DNA of 64,000 nt from Bacteroidales bacterium (GCA_021108325.1 JAIORB010000027.1:114321-178320); one strand, 5' to 3'. Positions 29,858-41,657 are shown, counted from the stretch's first letter. The notes: a model not told the origin generated them from the sequence alone. A program made the numbers and translations.

Positions 29858-29865
29858 CAAAAATA
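29858..29865 (-). promoter_or_regulatory. Bacteroidota sigma-A -7 box upstream of lpxD
   Basis: TATTTTTG on the minus strand followed by CG; no clear -33 box. Confidence 0.45.
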
Positions 29866-29883
29866 GTATTTATATATTTAGAT

Positions 29884-31119
29884 TCATTTAATTTCTTTCG
29901 GATAACACAAAAAATATTTGCGTACAGTTTTCGATAAAACCGATGTGTTTAACATATCTGAAGCCTTGGCTATATCAATAATTATTTCATCTTTATATAA
30001 AATTTGAATTTTATCGTCGAAAGCACTGTAAGCATTTTTACTAATATGATCGGTAAAAACAAAAAAATCTATTTCTTCTTCCGATAAATTTAGTTTTTGT
30101 GAAGCTTCCCTTTTTAGTTTTGAAATTTTAGCATCTTCAAATGGAGAATCTTGAATTTCAATTTTTAATAAATTTCTGTTAAGGAGCCTTTCTGATAGCA
30201 TAGATAAAACCTTGTCAGTGCTATTAGCCCATTTTTTTGCTAAACTAAAAATATCTGTATCGTCAATTGCAGAAAAGTTATTTAATAAGACTGAAAAATC
30301 AGATTTGTCTAATTGTGGATTATTTAGGAAGAATTCAAGATCTTTTGTTAAATAGACATCCTTTTTATTTAAGACTAGAAATTTTACACGTTTAAAAATT
30401 TGTATTAATAACTGTTCTGCAGAAACAACTGTTTTATGTAAATAAACCTGCCAGTACATTAACCATCGGGCAATAAGAAATTTTTCTATTGAATGAATCC
30501 CTTTTGCTTCAACAACTAACTGATCGTTTACAACATTCAGCATTTTAATTATTCTGTCCGATCCAATTACTCCTTCCGAAACCCCAGTGTAAAAACTATC
30601 TCTTCGGAGATAATCGAGTCTATCAACATCTAACTGGCTTGAAATCAGTTGATGTAAAAACTTTTTATGGTACTGATTCTTGAAAATTTTTATTGCCAGG
30701 CTTAGCTTTCCTTTATACTCTGTATTTAGCGATTCCATAAATAACAAGGAAAGTTCCTCGTGCCCATATTTTTCAACAATTATATTTTCAAGCGTGTGAG
30801 AAAAAGGACCATGTCCAATATCATGCAGTAATATTGCAAGTGTAACTGCTGCTTCTTCTTCTTTTGTAATCTCAATATTTTTTGATTTGAGAACATTTAT
30901 AGCCAGAGTTAATAAATGAACAGCTCCTAATGTGTGTTGGAACCTGGTATGAACTGCTCCGGGATAAACATAATCTGTTAATCCTAGTTGTTTAATTCTT
31001 CTTAATCTTTGAAAATATTTGTGTTCGATTATATCGTAAACAATTTCAGAAGGAATATTTATCAATCCGTACACAGGGTCGTTTACTATTTTTCGCTTAT
31101 TTTGCCAACTTTCTGTCAC
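29884..31119 (-). CDS. HD-domain phosphohydrolase (SAMHD1/dNTPase-like)
   Basis: NDPVYG, FQRLRRIKQLG, YPGAVHTRFQH, LLHDIGHGPFSH, DVDRLDYLRRD; probable GTG start 31119 (ORF track 31200). Confidence 0.92.
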   Translation of the reverse strand: MTESWQNKRKIVNDPVYGLINIPSEIVYDIIEHKYFQRLRRIKQLGLTDYVYPGAVHTRFQHTLGAVHLLTLAINVLKSKNIEITKEEEAAVTLAILLHDIGHGPFSHTLENIIVEKYGHEELSLLFMESLNTEYKGKLSLAIKIFKNQYHKKFLHQLISSQLDVDRLDYLRRDSFYTGVSEGVIGSDRIIKMLNVVNDQLVVEAKGIHSIEKFLIARWLMYWQVYLHKTVVSAEQLLIQIFKRVKFLVLNKKDVYLTKDLEFFLNNPQLDKSDFSVLLNNFSAIDDTDIFSLAKKWANSTDKVLSMLSERLLNRNLLKIEIQDSPFEDAKISKLKREASQKLNLSEEEIDFFVFTDHISKNAYSAFDDKIQILYKDEIIIDIAKASDMLNTSVLSKTVRKYFLCYPKEIK

Positions 31120-31277
31120 TGTATTTCTATTTAATTTTCTGACAAAAATACAAGAAATTGAGAAATTAGCCATACATATCTCAATTGGAAATGTAATCAC
31201 ACATAACTTTAAAAGGATTATATTATTAATCTTTTGGATTCTAATCCATAAGATGTCCTAATTTTCAGGTCAATAAT

Positions 31278-31308
31278 TTTGTGTTTTACAAGTTTATTTA
31301 TACTTTTG
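31278..31308 (+). promoter_or_regulatory. Bacteroidota sigma-A promoter of rimP-nusA-infB
   Basis: TTTG (31278-81)-N19-TACTTTTG (31301-08), exact phylum consensus. Confidence 0.8.
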
Positions 31309-31333
31309 CGGCTGAATTATACTTGATTTGTGT

Positions 31334-31351
31334 AGGGGACCTTAGTCCCCT
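31334..31351 (+). ncRNA. rimP leader hairpin
   Basis: AGGGGAC-CTTA-GTCCCCT just upstream of the rimP ATG, matching the described GGG...CCC rimP-leader. Confidence 0.7.
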
Positions 31352-31373
31352 TTATTATTATCTTATAAAAAAG

Positions 31374-31841
31374 ATGATTACAAAAGAAAATATTAAAGAT
31401 ATAATTGCAGAAATTATCAAAGATAAAAACGCTTTTGTTGTAGATATAAAAGTGAGTTTATCAAATAAAATAAATATTGAAATTGATAGTTTCGATGGGT
31501 TTACAATTAAAGATTGCGTTGAAGTTAGCAGGTTGGTTGAAAGTAGCATAGATAGGGATAAGGAAGATTTTGAACTGGAGGTTGCTTCTGCAGGATTATC
31601 GGAACCTTTTAAAGTTATACAGCAGTATCAAAAAAATCTTGGAAAAGAGATTGAGACTGTAACTAAGGAAGGAATTAAATTGAAAGGGATTCTTTCAAAT
31701 ATTTCAGAAGAAGGATTTGAAATTGAAGAATCAAAAATGGTAAAAGTTGAAGGTAAAAAGAAAAAACAAAATGTGATTGAAAAACATCAGTTTTCTTTTA
31801 ACCAGATTAAATCAACTAAAATTATTATTAAGTTTAAATAA
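31374..31841 (+). CDS. rimP: Ribosome maturation factor RimP
   Basis: IKDCVEVSR, FELEVASAGL; precedes nusA; real start 31374 downstream of promoter and leader. Confidence 0.93.
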   Translation: MITKENIKDIIAEIIKDKNAFVVDIKVSLSNKINIEIDSFDGFTIKDCVEVSRLVESSIDRDKEDFELEVASAGLSEPFKVIQQYQKNLGKEIETVTKEGIKLKGILSNISEEGFEIEESKMVKVEGKKKKQNVIEKHQFSFNQIKSTKIIIKFK

Positions 31842-31863
31842 AAAGTTAAACATAAAAAGTAAA

Positions 31864-33102
31864 ATGGAAAATTTGAATTTGATCGACACGTTTTCTGAAT
31901 TTAAAGAATTAAAGAATATTGATCGTGCAACGATGATGACAGTTCTTGAAGATGTTTTCCGAAGTTTATTGCTTAAGAAATTCGGAACAGACGAGAATTT
32001 CGATATTATTATAAATATTGATAAGGGAGACTTCGAAATATGGAGAAACCGCGAGGTTGTTAAGGAAAGCGATTTAGAAGACCCAAATCTTCAAATCACC
32101 TTAAAAGAAGCAAAAAAGATTGATGAAGATTATGAGGTTGGGGAAGAAGTAACCGACGAAGTAAAACTTCTTGATTTTGGAAGGAGATCAATATTAGCTC
32201 TTAGACAGAACCTTACTAATCGTATTCTTGACCTTGAGAAAAACAATATATATAATAAATATAAAGATAAAATTGGAGATATTGTAACAGCTGAAGTTTA
32301 CCAGATTTGGAAGAAGGAAATGTTAACTTTGGATGATGAAGGTAATGAACTCATATTACCAAAAACAGAACAAATACCTTCTGATTATTTTAGAAAAGGA
32401 GATACAATTCGTGCGGTTGTTGTTCGTGTTGAAATGAAGAATAATAATCCGTTAATTATTTTATCGCGTACAAGCCCGGTATTTTTGGAAAGATTATTTG
32501 AACTTGAAGTTCCGGAAATCTTCGATGGCTTAATTACTATTAAAAATATAGTCAGGATTCCTGGTGAAAGAGCAAAAGTGGCTGTTGAATCTTACGATGA
32601 AAGAATTGATCCTGTTGGAGCTTGTGTTGGAATGAAAGGTTCAAGAATTCATGGTATTGTTCGTGAGTTGAGAAATGAAAATATCGATGTAATTAATTTT
32701 ACAAATAATACGCAATTATTTATACAGAGATCATTAAGCCCGGCAAAAATAATGTCAATAAAATTGAACGAAGAAGAAAAACGTGCAGATGTTTATCTTC
32801 TTCCGGAAGAAGTTTCATTGGCAATTGGGAAAGGTGGTTTAAACATTAAGCTTGCAGGTCAGCTGACCGGATACGAAATTGATGTTTATCGAGAAACAGA
32901 GGGTGAAGACGAGGGAGATGTTGGTATTGATGAATTTGCTGATGAGATTGAAGGCTGGATACTCGATGCACTAAAGGCTGTGGGTTGCGATACAGCTAAA
33001 AGTGTTCTTGAATTATCACGTGAGGATTTAATAAAAAGAACTGATTTAGAAGAAGAAACAGTGGATGACGTTATTCGGATTTTTAAATCAGAATTTGAAT
33101 AA
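31864..33102 (+). CDS. nusA: Transcription termination factor NusA
   Basis: S1/KH domains, RIPGERAKVAV, DPVGACVGMKGSRI, SLAIGKGG; start MENL at 31864. Confidence 0.97.
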   Translation: MENLNLIDTFSEFKELKNIDRATMMTVLEDVFRSLLLKKFGTDENFDIIINIDKGDFEIWRNREVVKESDLEDPNLQITLKEAKKIDEDYEVGEEVTDEVKLLDFGRRSILALRQNLTNRILDLEKNNIYNKYKDKIGDIVTAEVYQIWKKEMLTLDDEGNELILPKTEQIPSDYFRKGDTIRAVVVRVEMKNNNPLIILSRTSPVFLERLFELEVPEIFDGLITIKNIVRIPGERAKVAVESYDERIDPVGACVGMKGSRIHGIVRELRNENIDVINFTNNTQLFIQRSLSPAKIMSIKLNEEEKRADVYLLPEEVSLAIGKGGLNIKLAGQLTGYEIDVYRETEGEDEGDVGIDEFADEIEGWILDALKAVGCDTAKSVLELSREDLIKRTDLEEETVDDVIRIFKSEFE

Positions 33103-33175
33103 TTTAATACTTTAGTTATAAATTTAGCAAATATTTGAGTTTTTTGGTTTTTTAAAATTGTTTTAGAAACAAAAT

Positions 33176-36061
33176 ATGGCAACAGGTAAAGCAACAAGAC
33201 TGAGTAAAGCGGCAAGAGAATTTAATGTTGGAATATCAACAATAGTTGAATTTCTTCATAAAAAGGGGTTTGATATAGATTCTAATCCTAATACAAAAGT
33301 GTCACCTGAACAATATGATTTATTAGTTAAAGAATATAGTTCGGATTTTGATGTAAAAAAAGAATCTGAAAAGTTAAGCTTGGATCAACTTCATGCCAAA
33401 AATGAAACTGTTTCAATTAATGACATACATAAAGAAGAAGACAAAGAAGAAGAAACGTTTTTAGCTGATGAAGAAATTATAATAAAAGATGTTAGTGGTT
33501 CGTCTAAAATTGCAACAAGTAAGCCTGATGCCGAGTTGATTATTGCAGACGAGGATGTTGACTCAGATAAAACTGATGAAAGTGCGGATACGCAAGAAAA
33601 AATAATTACTACTGAAAAGACCGCTGAGATAAAAGACAAGAAATCTGAATTAGAAGAGACAAAAGAACCCGTTAAAGTTGTTGGTAAAATCGATTTAGAT
33701 TCTTTAAACCAAAAAACCAGACCTGATAAGAAGACCAGGAAACAAAGGGATGAAGAGCAAAAATTAGCAAAACAAGAAACTAAGAAAACTGAAGTTGAAA
33801 AAGCAACACAAGAACAAGAGCATGTCAAAGAAGATATAATAAGTGAAGAAAAGATTGCTGAAGAAAAAAAGGAACAAGAACCTGAAGTGTATAAGTCTTC
33901 TGTTAAAAAATTATCCGGACCAACAGTTGTTGGTAAAATAGATTTACCTAAACCTCCACCTCCAAAAGAAAAGAAAAAAGAACCGGTAGCATCCTCCGAT
34001 GATCAAAAGAATAAGAAGAAAAAACGAAAAAGAATTTATAAAGATAAAGGAAAAGTTGATGTAGCTAAGAAACCTGGAGAAGGTACTCCACAGGAAAAGA
34101 AAGGCGAAAAAGACCACTTTAAATCCAGAAAGAAAAAGAAAAAACAATTACGTCCGGAAGTTAGTGAAGAAGATGTGCAGAAACAAATTAAGGACACTTT
34201 AGCACGATTAACTACTAAGGGTAAATCTAAAGGAGCAAAGCACAGAAGAGAAAAGCGTGAGGCTGTTAGCCAAAAACAACAGGAGGAACTTGAACAACAA
34301 GAAGCTGAAAAGCAAATTTTAAAAGTAACGGAATTTGTTTCTGTAAATGAACTTGCTACAATGATGGAAGTGCCGGCAACTGACGTTATTTCTGTTTGTA
34401 TGAATCTTGGATTGTTAGTTTCTATTAACCAGAGACTCGATGCGGAAACAATGGCTTTAGTTGCTGATGAATTTAATTTTAAGGTTGAGTTTATTAGTGT
34501 TGAAGTTCAGGAAGCAATTAAAGAAGAAGAAGATACTGAAGAACAATTATTATCAAGATCTCCTATTGTTACCGTAATGGGACACGTGGATCATGGTAAA
34601 ACATCATTGCTTGATTATATTCGAAAAGCGAATGTAATTGCTGGCGAGGCAGGTGGTATTACACAGCACGTTGGAGCATATAATGTTGAAATAGGTGAAG
34701 GTAAAACAATTACTTTCCTTGATACTCCTGGTCACGAAGCTTTTACTGCAATGCGTGCTCGTGGTGCCCAGGTAACCGATATTGCAATTATTGTTGTTTC
34801 GGCCGATGATAACGTGATGCCACAAACTGTTGAGGCTATTAACCATGCTAGTGCTGCCGGGGTTCCAATAGTTTTTGCAATTAACAAAATTGATAAAGCG
34901 GGAGCTAATCCTGAAAAAATAAAAGAAGAACTTGCAAATATGAATTACCTTGTTGAAGAGTGGGGTGGAAAATATCAATCACAAGATATATCTGCTAAGC
35001 AAGGAACAAATATTGACTTATTATTAGAAAAAGTTTTGCTCGAAGCAGAAATGCTTGATCTTAAAGCGAATCCTAATAAAAAAGCATTAGGAACTGTAAT
35101 TGAATCGGAACTTGATAAAGGTCGCGGATATATGTCTACTCTTCTTATTGAAGCAGGAACATTAAGAATTGGAGATGTTGTTCTTGCGGGAAGTTATTTT
35201 GGTCATGCCAAAGCAATGTATAACGAAAGAGGAAAACGAATTGAAAAAGTTGGCCCTGCTGCTCCTGTTCAGATACTTGGTTTAAATGGTGCGCCACAAG
35301 CAGGAGACAAATTTAATGTACTGGAAGGAGATAAAGAAGCCAGGGAAATTGCTAACAAGCGAGAACAATTACAACGAGAACAAAGTATGCGTACTCAAAA
35401 ACATATTACTCTTGATGAGATTGGCCGTCGTATTGCAATAGGAAACTTCCAGGAGATTAACATTATTGTGAAAGGTGATGTGGATGGTTCAATTGAAGCA
35501 TTATCCGATTCATTAATAAAACTAAGTACCGAAGAAATACAGGTAAATATAATTCATAAAGGTGTTGGTCAGATTTCAGAAACTGATATTATGCTGGCTG
35601 TTGCATCCAATGCTATTATAGTTGGCTTTCAGGTACGACCTTCTATGAATGCACGTAAATTAGCCGAAAAAGAGGAGATAGATATCAGGTTATATTCTAT
35701 TATTTATGATGCTATTAATGAGATTAAAGATGCGATGGAAGGAATGTTGTCGCCGGATATTAAAGAGGAAATTGTGGCAACTGTTGAAGTAAGAGAGACT
35801 TTCAAAATTAAGAAAGTAGGTACTATAGCCGGATGTATGGTTAAAGAAGGTAAAATTAACCGAAACACCAGAGTTCGTGTAATTCGTGATGGTATTGTGA
35901 TTTATACAGGAAGATTGGGTTCGCTAAAACGATTTAAAGATGATGTAAAAGAAGTTGCATCAGGTTATGAATGTGGTTTAAATATTGAGAACTTCAATGA
36001 TATAAAAGTTGGTGATATAGTTGAAGGTTACGAGGAAGTTGAAGTTAAAAAAACCTTGTAG
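33176..36061 (+). CDS. infB: Translation initiation factor IF-2
   Basis: [32 protein letters not shown]-terminal IAGCMV...ECGL. Confidence 0.98.
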   Translation: MATGKATRLSKAAREFNVGISTIVEFLHKKGFDIDSNPNTKVSPEQYDLLVKEYSSDFDVKKESEKLSLDQLHAKNETVSINDIHKEEDKEEETFLADEEIIIKDVSGSSKIATSKPDAELIIADEDVDSDKTDESADTQEKIITTEKTAEIKDKKSELEETKEPVKVVGKIDLDSLNQKTRPDKKTRKQRDEEQKLAKQETKKTEVEKATQEQEHVKEDIISEEKIAEEKKEQEPEVYKSSVKKLSGPTVVGKIDLPKPPPPKEKKKEPVASSDDQKNKKKKRKRIYKDKGKVDVAKKPGEGTPQEKKGEKDHFKSRKKKKKQLRPEVSEEDVQKQIKDTLARLTTKGKSKGAKHRREKREAVSQKQQEELEQQEAEKQILKVTEFVSVNELATMMEVPATDVISVCMNLGLLVSINQRLDAETMALVADEFNFKVEFISVEVQEAIKEEEDTEEQLLSRSPIVTVMGHVDHGKTSLLDYIRKANVIAGEAGGITQHVGAYNVEIGEGKTITFLDTPGHEAFTAMRARGAQVTDIAIIVVSADDNVMPQTVEAINHASAAGVPIVFAINKIDKAGANPEKIKEELANMNYLVEEWGGKYQSQDISAKQGTNIDLLLEKVLLEAEMLDLKANPNKKALGTVIESELDKGRGYMSTLLIEAGTLRIGDVVLAGSYFGHAKAMYNERGKRIEKVGPAAPVQILGLNGAPQAGDKFNVLEGDKEAREIANKREQLQREQSMRTQKHITLDEIGRRIAIGNFQEINIIVKGDVDGSIEALSDSLIKLSTEEIQVNIIHKGVGQISETDIMLAVASNAIIVGFQVRPSMNARKLAEKEEIDIRLYSIIYDAINEIKDAMEGMLSPDIKEEIVATVEVRETFKIKKVGTIAGCMVKEGKINRNTRVRVIRDGIVIYTGRLGSLKRFKDDVKEVASGYECGLNIENFNDIKVGDIVEGYEEVEVKKTL

Positions 36062-36085
36062 TAGTTAAATATTAATATAATTTAG

Positions 36086-36115
36086 AGGCTGTCTTAATGT
36101 AAGATGGCCTTTTTT
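36086..36115 (+). terminator. Terminator after infB
   Basis: AGGCTGTCTT-AATGT-AAGATGGCCT followed by a T-run. Confidence 0.65.
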
Positions 36116-36291
36116 ATGCATCAAAAAAAATAATTATCCGTCCTTCTTCGGGAAGAGGATAATAAATCAACTCAGAACACTTTTTAGATAGTTCAATACT
36201 TAAATAATAGAATTAAATTAAATCTTCTTGAAGTTGATATGTTCTTAATTTATTTTTGTTAGATACTTGATTAATTAAACACAGGAAAGTC

Positions 36292-38667
36292 ATGTTTAAA
36301 AATTTCTTAATTATTTCACTCCGTTATTTATTGAAGAATTTTTTATTTGTAGGAATAAATATACTTGGTTTAGCGGTGGCTTTGGCCCTTTGTATAACGG
36401 CATATTTAAATAATAAATATGATATGGATTGGGATAAAACTCATGCAAATTATGAAGAAATTTATAAAATAAATATTACCAGAGAGATACAGGATCGACA
36501 TCAAGAATATGGAATTACCCCAACAGCACTTGCTCCATTATTAAAACAAGACATATCAGGTATTGAAGAAATATGTAGATATAATTCTAATCGCTCACCA
36601 GTTAAATATGATGATAAAATATTTAATAAACGTGTTGGTTATACAGATCCTAATTTCTTCGACATATTTACCATTGATTTGGTAAAAGGGAATAAGAATG
36701 CATTAAAAGAAAAAGGCAATATTCTAATTAGTGAAAATATTGCCGAGGTATATTATGGAAAAGAAGATCCAATTGGGAAAGTAATTTCTGTAATGAACGA
36801 TAAAGGTGAAGAAACAACTTTCATTATTGCCGGTATTTATGAGGATTTGCCTTTAAACGGCAGTTTTCGACACGAGTTGATAACACAATTTGAAAGTTAT
36901 ATGGATATGTGGGAAGTAGAAGAGCAAAACTGGGACGATTGGATTGCCGCTACTTTTTTGTTGATTAGAAACCATGATAATATACCGCAAATTAATGAAC
37001 AATTAAAAAAATATATACCTGTACAAAACGCTGCTCGTGAAGATTGGATGATAACAAGTTATTTTGTTAAATCCTTAAAAGAAGTTGCTGATGATAGAGG
37101 TGTTTGGGCTACCTGGTTACGGACAAGTTTTCATCCGGCAGCAGTTGCAACACCTCCAATAATGGCAATTTTCATTTTGATAATTGCAGCCTTTAACTTT
37201 ATGAATTCTTCTATTTCTTTTGCTGGTAAGCGACTTAAAGAAATAGGCCTTAGAAAAGTATTTGGCGGATTACGTAAGCATATTATTATCCAGTTTTTGA
37301 GTGAAAACCTGGTAATAAGCTTTATTGCAATGATTTTGGGTATTTTCTTTTCCGGATTTCTCGTTCCGGAATATTCAAGTATGTGGGAATACATGGATAT
37401 AGAATTAAATTTTACAAACGACCCTGCACTAATCAGTTTTATTTTATTATTATGGATTTTTACAGCACTTTTGGCAGGTGCATATCCTGCATTTTATATA
37501 AGCAGGTTTAATCCGGTTAAAATCTTCAGGGATAACCTAAAACTTAAAAATAAAAATGTGTTTTCAAGATTTCTTTTAGGATTTCAGTTTTTCACTTCAG
37601 TTTTAGCGTTGGTTATGGGTGTTATGTTTGCTCAAAATGCCGTATTCCAGGAAAATATGGATTTGGGATATGACAAGGACAATTTAATAATTCTTGGAAT
37701 GCATAATAATGATGATTACAAACCTTTTGAGCAGGTTGTGAAAAGTAATCCTAAAATTGAAATGTATGCCGGAACCAGTTATCATATTGGTTATGGAAAT
37801 TATAACAGATCAATTAAATATCTTGACCAACAAATTGAGACAAACATTATGCATATTGGCCATGATTATTTAAAGACAATGGGAGTGGATATTACCGATG
37901 GACGCGGATTTGATTTAAAGAATCAAGGAGGAGATATATCAGAAAACAATGTTGTTATTAATGAAAAATTTGTTAAAGATTTTGGCTTTGACGATCCTAT
38001 TGGTAAAACTGTTTATATGAATGATACATTGGCTTTACATATTATTGGTGTCTCGAATGACATTTATTTATATGGTTTATGGGCTCCGATTAATCCTTTG
38101 ATATATAAGTTAGTTCCTGAGGAAGATTATGGCAGAATTGCAATACGAACATCAAAAGAGAATCTACATGAAGTAAACGAATTTTTACGTGCAGAGTGGG
38201 CAGAACTTGTTCCCAACTACCCATACGAAGGCGAGTTCCAGGAGGAATTATTAGCAGAATCTAAACAAGTAAATAAGAATATTAAGGTCATGTTTGTTTT
38301 TCTGGCAATTTGTGCATTATTCTTGTCTGCCATAGGATTATATACTCTTGTGAGTTTGAGTGTTCTTAATAGAACTAAAGAAATGGGAGTTAGGAAAGTG
38401 CATGGAGCATCTGTAAGGAAGATTATGATAATAATTACCAAGCCATTTGCTCTGTTAATTATAATTTCTTCGGTATTTGGATGTGCCGGTGGATATTATA
38501 TGTCGAAAATGTTAATGGATAGTGTTTGGGCAAAGCATATGAATCCAAATACATTGAGTTTTGCTTTACCTGTTTTGGTTATATTTACTATATCATTAAT
38601 TACAATAATCTGGAGAGTTTATAAAGCTGCACTACAAAATCCTGCAAATTCGCTTAGGTACGAATAA
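36292..38667 (+). CDS. FtsX/MacB-like ABC permease (duplicated MacB_PCD+FtsX)
   Basis: MFKNFL..INILGLA start, FNFMN, KEIGLRKVFG, QFLSE, KEMGVRKVHGAS, NPANSLRYE end. Confidence 0.92.
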   Translation: MFKNFLIISLRYLLKNFLFVGINILGLAVALALCITAYLNNKYDMDWDKTHANYEEIYKINITREIQDRHQEYGITPTALAPLLKQDISGIEEICRYNSNRSPVKYDDKIFNKRVGYTDPNFFDIFTIDLVKGNKNALKEKGNILISENIAEVYYGKEDPIGKVISVMNDKGEETTFIIAGIYEDLPLNGSFRHELITQFESYMDMWEVEEQNWDDWIAATFLLIRNHDNIPQINEQLKKYIPVQNAAREDWMITSYFVKSLKEVADDRGVWATWLRTSFHPAAVATPPIMAIFILIIAAFNFMNSSISFAGKRLKEIGLRKVFGGLRKHIIIQFLSENLVISFIAMILGIFFSGFLVPEYSSMWEYMDIELNFTNDPALISFILLLWIFTALLAGAYPAFYISRFNPVKIFRDNLKLKNKNVFSRFLLGFQFFTSVLALVMGVMFAQNAVFQENMDLGYDKDNLIILGMHNNDDYKPFEQVVKSNPKIEMYAGTSYHIGYGNYNRSIKYLDQQIETNIMHIGHDYLKTMGVDITDGRGFDLKNQGGDISENNVVINEKFVKDFGFDDPIGKTVYMNDTLALHIIGVSNDIYLYGLWAPINPLIYKLVPEEDYGRIAIRTSKENLHEVNEFLRAEWAELVPNYPYEGEFQEELLAESKQVNKNIKVMFVFLAICALFLSAIGLYTLVSLSVLNRTKEMGVRKVHGASVRKIMIIITKPFALLIIISSVFGCAGGYYMSKMLMDSVWAKHMNPNTLSFALPVLVIFTISLITIIWRVYKAALQNPANSLRYE

Positions 38668-38672
38668 TATTG

Positions 38673-38699
38673 AAAAGAGCAGAAACAATCTGCTCTTTT
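38673..38699. terminator. Bidirectional terminator between convergent genes
   Basis: AAAAGAGCAGA-AACAA-TCTGCTCTTTT. Confidence 0.75.
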
Positions 38700-38710
38700 T
38701 TAGTTAATAG

Positions 38711-40903
38711 CTAGTTTTTTTTAATAAAGGCTTGGTTGTAACCTATAGATTTTAAGTTGGCTAATTCTTGTTTTGCTTTTTCGTATGAGTTAAAAGAACC
38801 AATGGTGTATCTGAAATAATCGCCTGAACCTTTTGTAACTACAACCGAAGATAAATCTTTAAAATAATCCGGTTTAACAGGAATTATTAAAGCCATAATC
38901 TGGATTGTATATTTAGGAGCTGATTCATTAATTCTGACAAAAGCATCTTTATAACCAACTTCATGAATCTTTGCCATTAATTCTTTAGCTTCGGAATATG
39001 AACTGGTATTTCCAACAGTGTACCTATAATATCCATCGGGGTATTTTGTTAACTTTACATTATCAACATCCTTAAAATAATCAACCTCAACTGGATTTAT
39101 TAAAGCCATTAATTGAACCGAATATGTTTTCACTCCGCCGGTTAAAAATGTTTTAGGAACATATTTTACTATTTCTTTTTCCGGCGTTTTTTCTTCAACA
39201 ATTGGTTCAGGTACTTTTTCTATAACAGGAGGTTCAACAGGTTTTTCTTCTATTTGCTTTTCAGTTATAACTTCTTCTTCAGGTTGTGTAACGACTTCCT
39301 CTTCAACCACAGGCTCAACTTTTGGCGGTTCAATTATTTCTGCAACTAATTCTTCTTGTTCAACAACTAATGGATTTAAAAGAGCTTCAAAAGAATAAAT
39401 TCTTTCAGAGTAATTATCAGGAATATTAAATTCGCTGGTAAAAGGATTATAATCTTCATTATTAATTACAAGGGTATAATTCCCCGGGTTAATTTCAAAT
39501 TCAAATTGCCCGTTATTGGTATTAATTGACTTAACAATATCATTTGTTTTGGTTTCAATTATCGAAATATCAAAACCGGAATTGGTTATTTTTTCTCCAC
39601 TTGTTTCATTCTTAATATTACCCGCAAAATTTATTTTTGGTAAAATGGAAACATAATAAATATCTTTTTTCCCAACCGAAGTATTATCATATTGTGAAAT
39701 GTATCCTGATGTTAATGAGTTATCTGGGACAAAAAACAAATCATCGCTAGTTGTATTGGCAGGATAACCCAAATTTATGGCCATTGATTTGCTTCCTAAA
39801 TCTATATAAAAAATATCAAAACCACCAATGCTGCTATGTCCTTGTGAGCTGAAGAATAAATATTTATCATCCATTGTAACGAATGGCGTTTCTTCATCGA
39901 ATTCGGTATTTATTGCCGGTCCCATATTTTCTGCTTCACCCCAATTGCCTTTTGCATCCTTTGTAGATTTATAAATATCCATTCCACCTAAACCACCTTC
40001 TCTGTCACTTGTAAAATAAAGAGTTTTCCCATCTTTCGAGATACATGCATGAGTTTCATTGCTTTTTTTACCGTTTACTGTTTTAGAAAGTTTATCTGCT
40101 TCTATCCAGTTGCTACCTTCCTTATAACAAACAAAGATGATGTTTTCCTCGGGATCATCAGTAACCAGGTATAGTTCTTTTCCATCGTATGATAAACTGG
40201 CAGTTTTTAAATAGTATTTGCCACTAAGCTTTTCACTAATTCGTTTAGGCGTGCCCCATACACCATTTTTTCTTACAGAGTAATAATTATCTAAATAATT
40301 TCTTGTGTATGAAGTGTAAATTATGGTATTTCCATCTCCGGAAACAACAGCGCCAAAATTTGAATCATCGTTATTGACTGGTTCTCCAAGATTTTTTTTT
40401 GAAACTCTCAATGGATTATTTATAGCAATTTTAGCATTTTCGCATGTCTTTAAGCGTTGAACAACAACAGGATAAAGTCCGTTGTCGGCATTAATTAAAT
40501 CTTTAAATTTGTTGTACGCTACTATTGCTTTATCAATTTTGTTTGCTATCTGGTATGCTTCGCCAAGATAAAGTAATACATCACCCGGGGTTCTTATTTC
40601 GCGAAGTGATTTTTCATTAAAATCTAAAGCAATATTTTGAGATGCTTCTTCTAAGTATTCTATCGCACGATCTTTTTGATCGTCTGTAAGGAGGTATAAC
40701 TGACCAATTTTATATTTAGCAAGCGAGTGTTCAGGTACCTCTCTTATCATTCTGCGATATATATCTATAGCTTTTTCGTATTTTTTTTCTTCAAGAAGAT
40801 ATTGAGCCTCATCTTCAAGATAGTAAATCTCATTCCAGTCTTGAGCATGTAATGTACTGTTTATGAGGATGAAAATTATGAAAAGTCGTAAGATTTTATA
40901 CAT
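38711..40903 (-). CDS. TPR + PD40 beta-propeller + beta-sandwich + two SPOR-like domains
   Basis: TPR helices; PD40 repeats (SGDGNTIIY, SYDGKELY, SKDGKTLYFTSDREGGLGGMDIY, YLFFSSQGH..GGFDIF); two QxMA...YRYTxG...GY..AF repeats. Confidence 0.85.
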   Translation of the reverse strand: MYKILRLFIIFILINSTLHAQDWNEIYYLEDEAQYLLEEKKYEKAIDIYRRMIREVPEHSLAKYKIGQLYLLTDDQKDRAIEYLEEASQNIALDFNEKSLREIRTPGDVLLYLGEAYQIANKIDKAIVAYNKFKDLINADNGLYPVVVQRLKTCENAKIAINNPLRVSKKNLGEPVNNDDSNFGAVVSGDGNTIIYTSYTRNYLDNYYSVRKNGVWGTPKRISEKLSGKYYLKTASLSYDGKELYLVTDDPEENIIFVCYKEGSNWIEADKLSKTVNGKKSNETHACISKDGKTLYFTSDREGGLGGMDIYKSTKDAKGNWGEAENMGPAINTEFDEETPFVTMDDKYLFFSSQGHSSIGGFDIFYIDLGSKSMAINLGYPANTTSDDLFFVPDNSLTSGYISQYDNTSVGKKDIYYVSILPKINFAGNIKNETSGEKITNSGFDISIIETKTNDIVKSINTNNGQFEFEINPGNYTLVINNEDYNPFTSEFNIPDNYSERIYSFEALLNPLVVEQEELVAEIIEPPKVEPVVEEEVVTQPEEEVITEKQIEEKPVEPPVIEKVPEPIVEEKTPEKEIVKYVPKTFLTGGVKTYSVQLMALINPVEVDYFKDVDNVKLTKYPDGYYRYTVGNTSSYSEAKELMAKIHEVGYKDAFVRINESAPKYTIQIMALIIPVKPDYFKDLSSVVVTKGSGDYFRYTIGSFNSYEKAKQELANLKSIGYNQAFIKKN

Positions 40904-41246
40904 GAGAGTATATTTAGATTTATATCATCAATTGTAACGTTTTTAACGTTGATTAAGTTAGTATGTTTTGATGAAATAATCAAATTTATAAAGAATCGGT
41001 TAAAATTCTTATGTAAAATTAATACAAGGCACTTTTTATCTATTTGATTTGTAGCACTATATTTCTTATAAATTAGACAATTTTTTGAAATTTATGAAAA
41101 GAAAGCGGAAAAAAGTTTAAACAGACATTTTAAACAATAGCTTAAAACGCTTGTTTTAAACAACTGTTTTAATTAACTTACGATAATTTAATTTTGATGA
41201 TTTAACACAAATAGATAAAACTAATGTCTAACTAAATTCTAATAAC

Positions 41247-41639
41247 ATGAAAAATTTAATTAAAAACAGCATTGGTGTTTTATTTTTAGCACTAATAAGT
41301 GTTTCATTGTTAATGACAAATTGTGAAAAAGATGATGAAACAGATGCAATTGTTGGTACCTGGATACTTGAAAAAGTTGAAGTATTGGGTGTTTCTTATC
41401 CTGCTAGTGAATTTGGAATAAGCATGACCATCAATATTAATGATGACAACACTTTTTCCGGAACAACAAATTTGGGCGAAGGGACAGAGTCCGTTAATGG
41501 TACTTGGAAAAGAATAGACTCTGAAACTGTTGAAATTTATGAAGGAACAGATACATCGACACTTAAGAAAGAAGGGGATTACTATACTATAACAGAAACA
41601 GAAGATAGTATTACAATGAAGATGTTTTTCAAAAAGTAA
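41247..41639 (+). CDS. Lipocalin-like lipoprotein
   Basis: Lipobox MTNC, acidic KDDETD, IVGTWIL lipocalin GxW motif, NGTW. Confidence 0.75.
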   Translation: MKNLIKNSIGVLFLALISVSLLMTNCEKDDETDAIVGTWILEKVEVLGVSYPASEFGISMTININDDNTFSGTTNLGEGTESVNGTWKRIDSETVEIYEGTDTSTLKKEGDYYTITETEDSITMKMFFKK

Positions 41640-41657
41640 TAATCTGGGAAATAATAA

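Noticed and set aside
31281-31863. Apparent rimP/nusA overlap and long N-termini in the ORF track
   Set aside because: Artefact of longest-ORF starts; promoter, leader and homology indicate starts at 31374 and 31864
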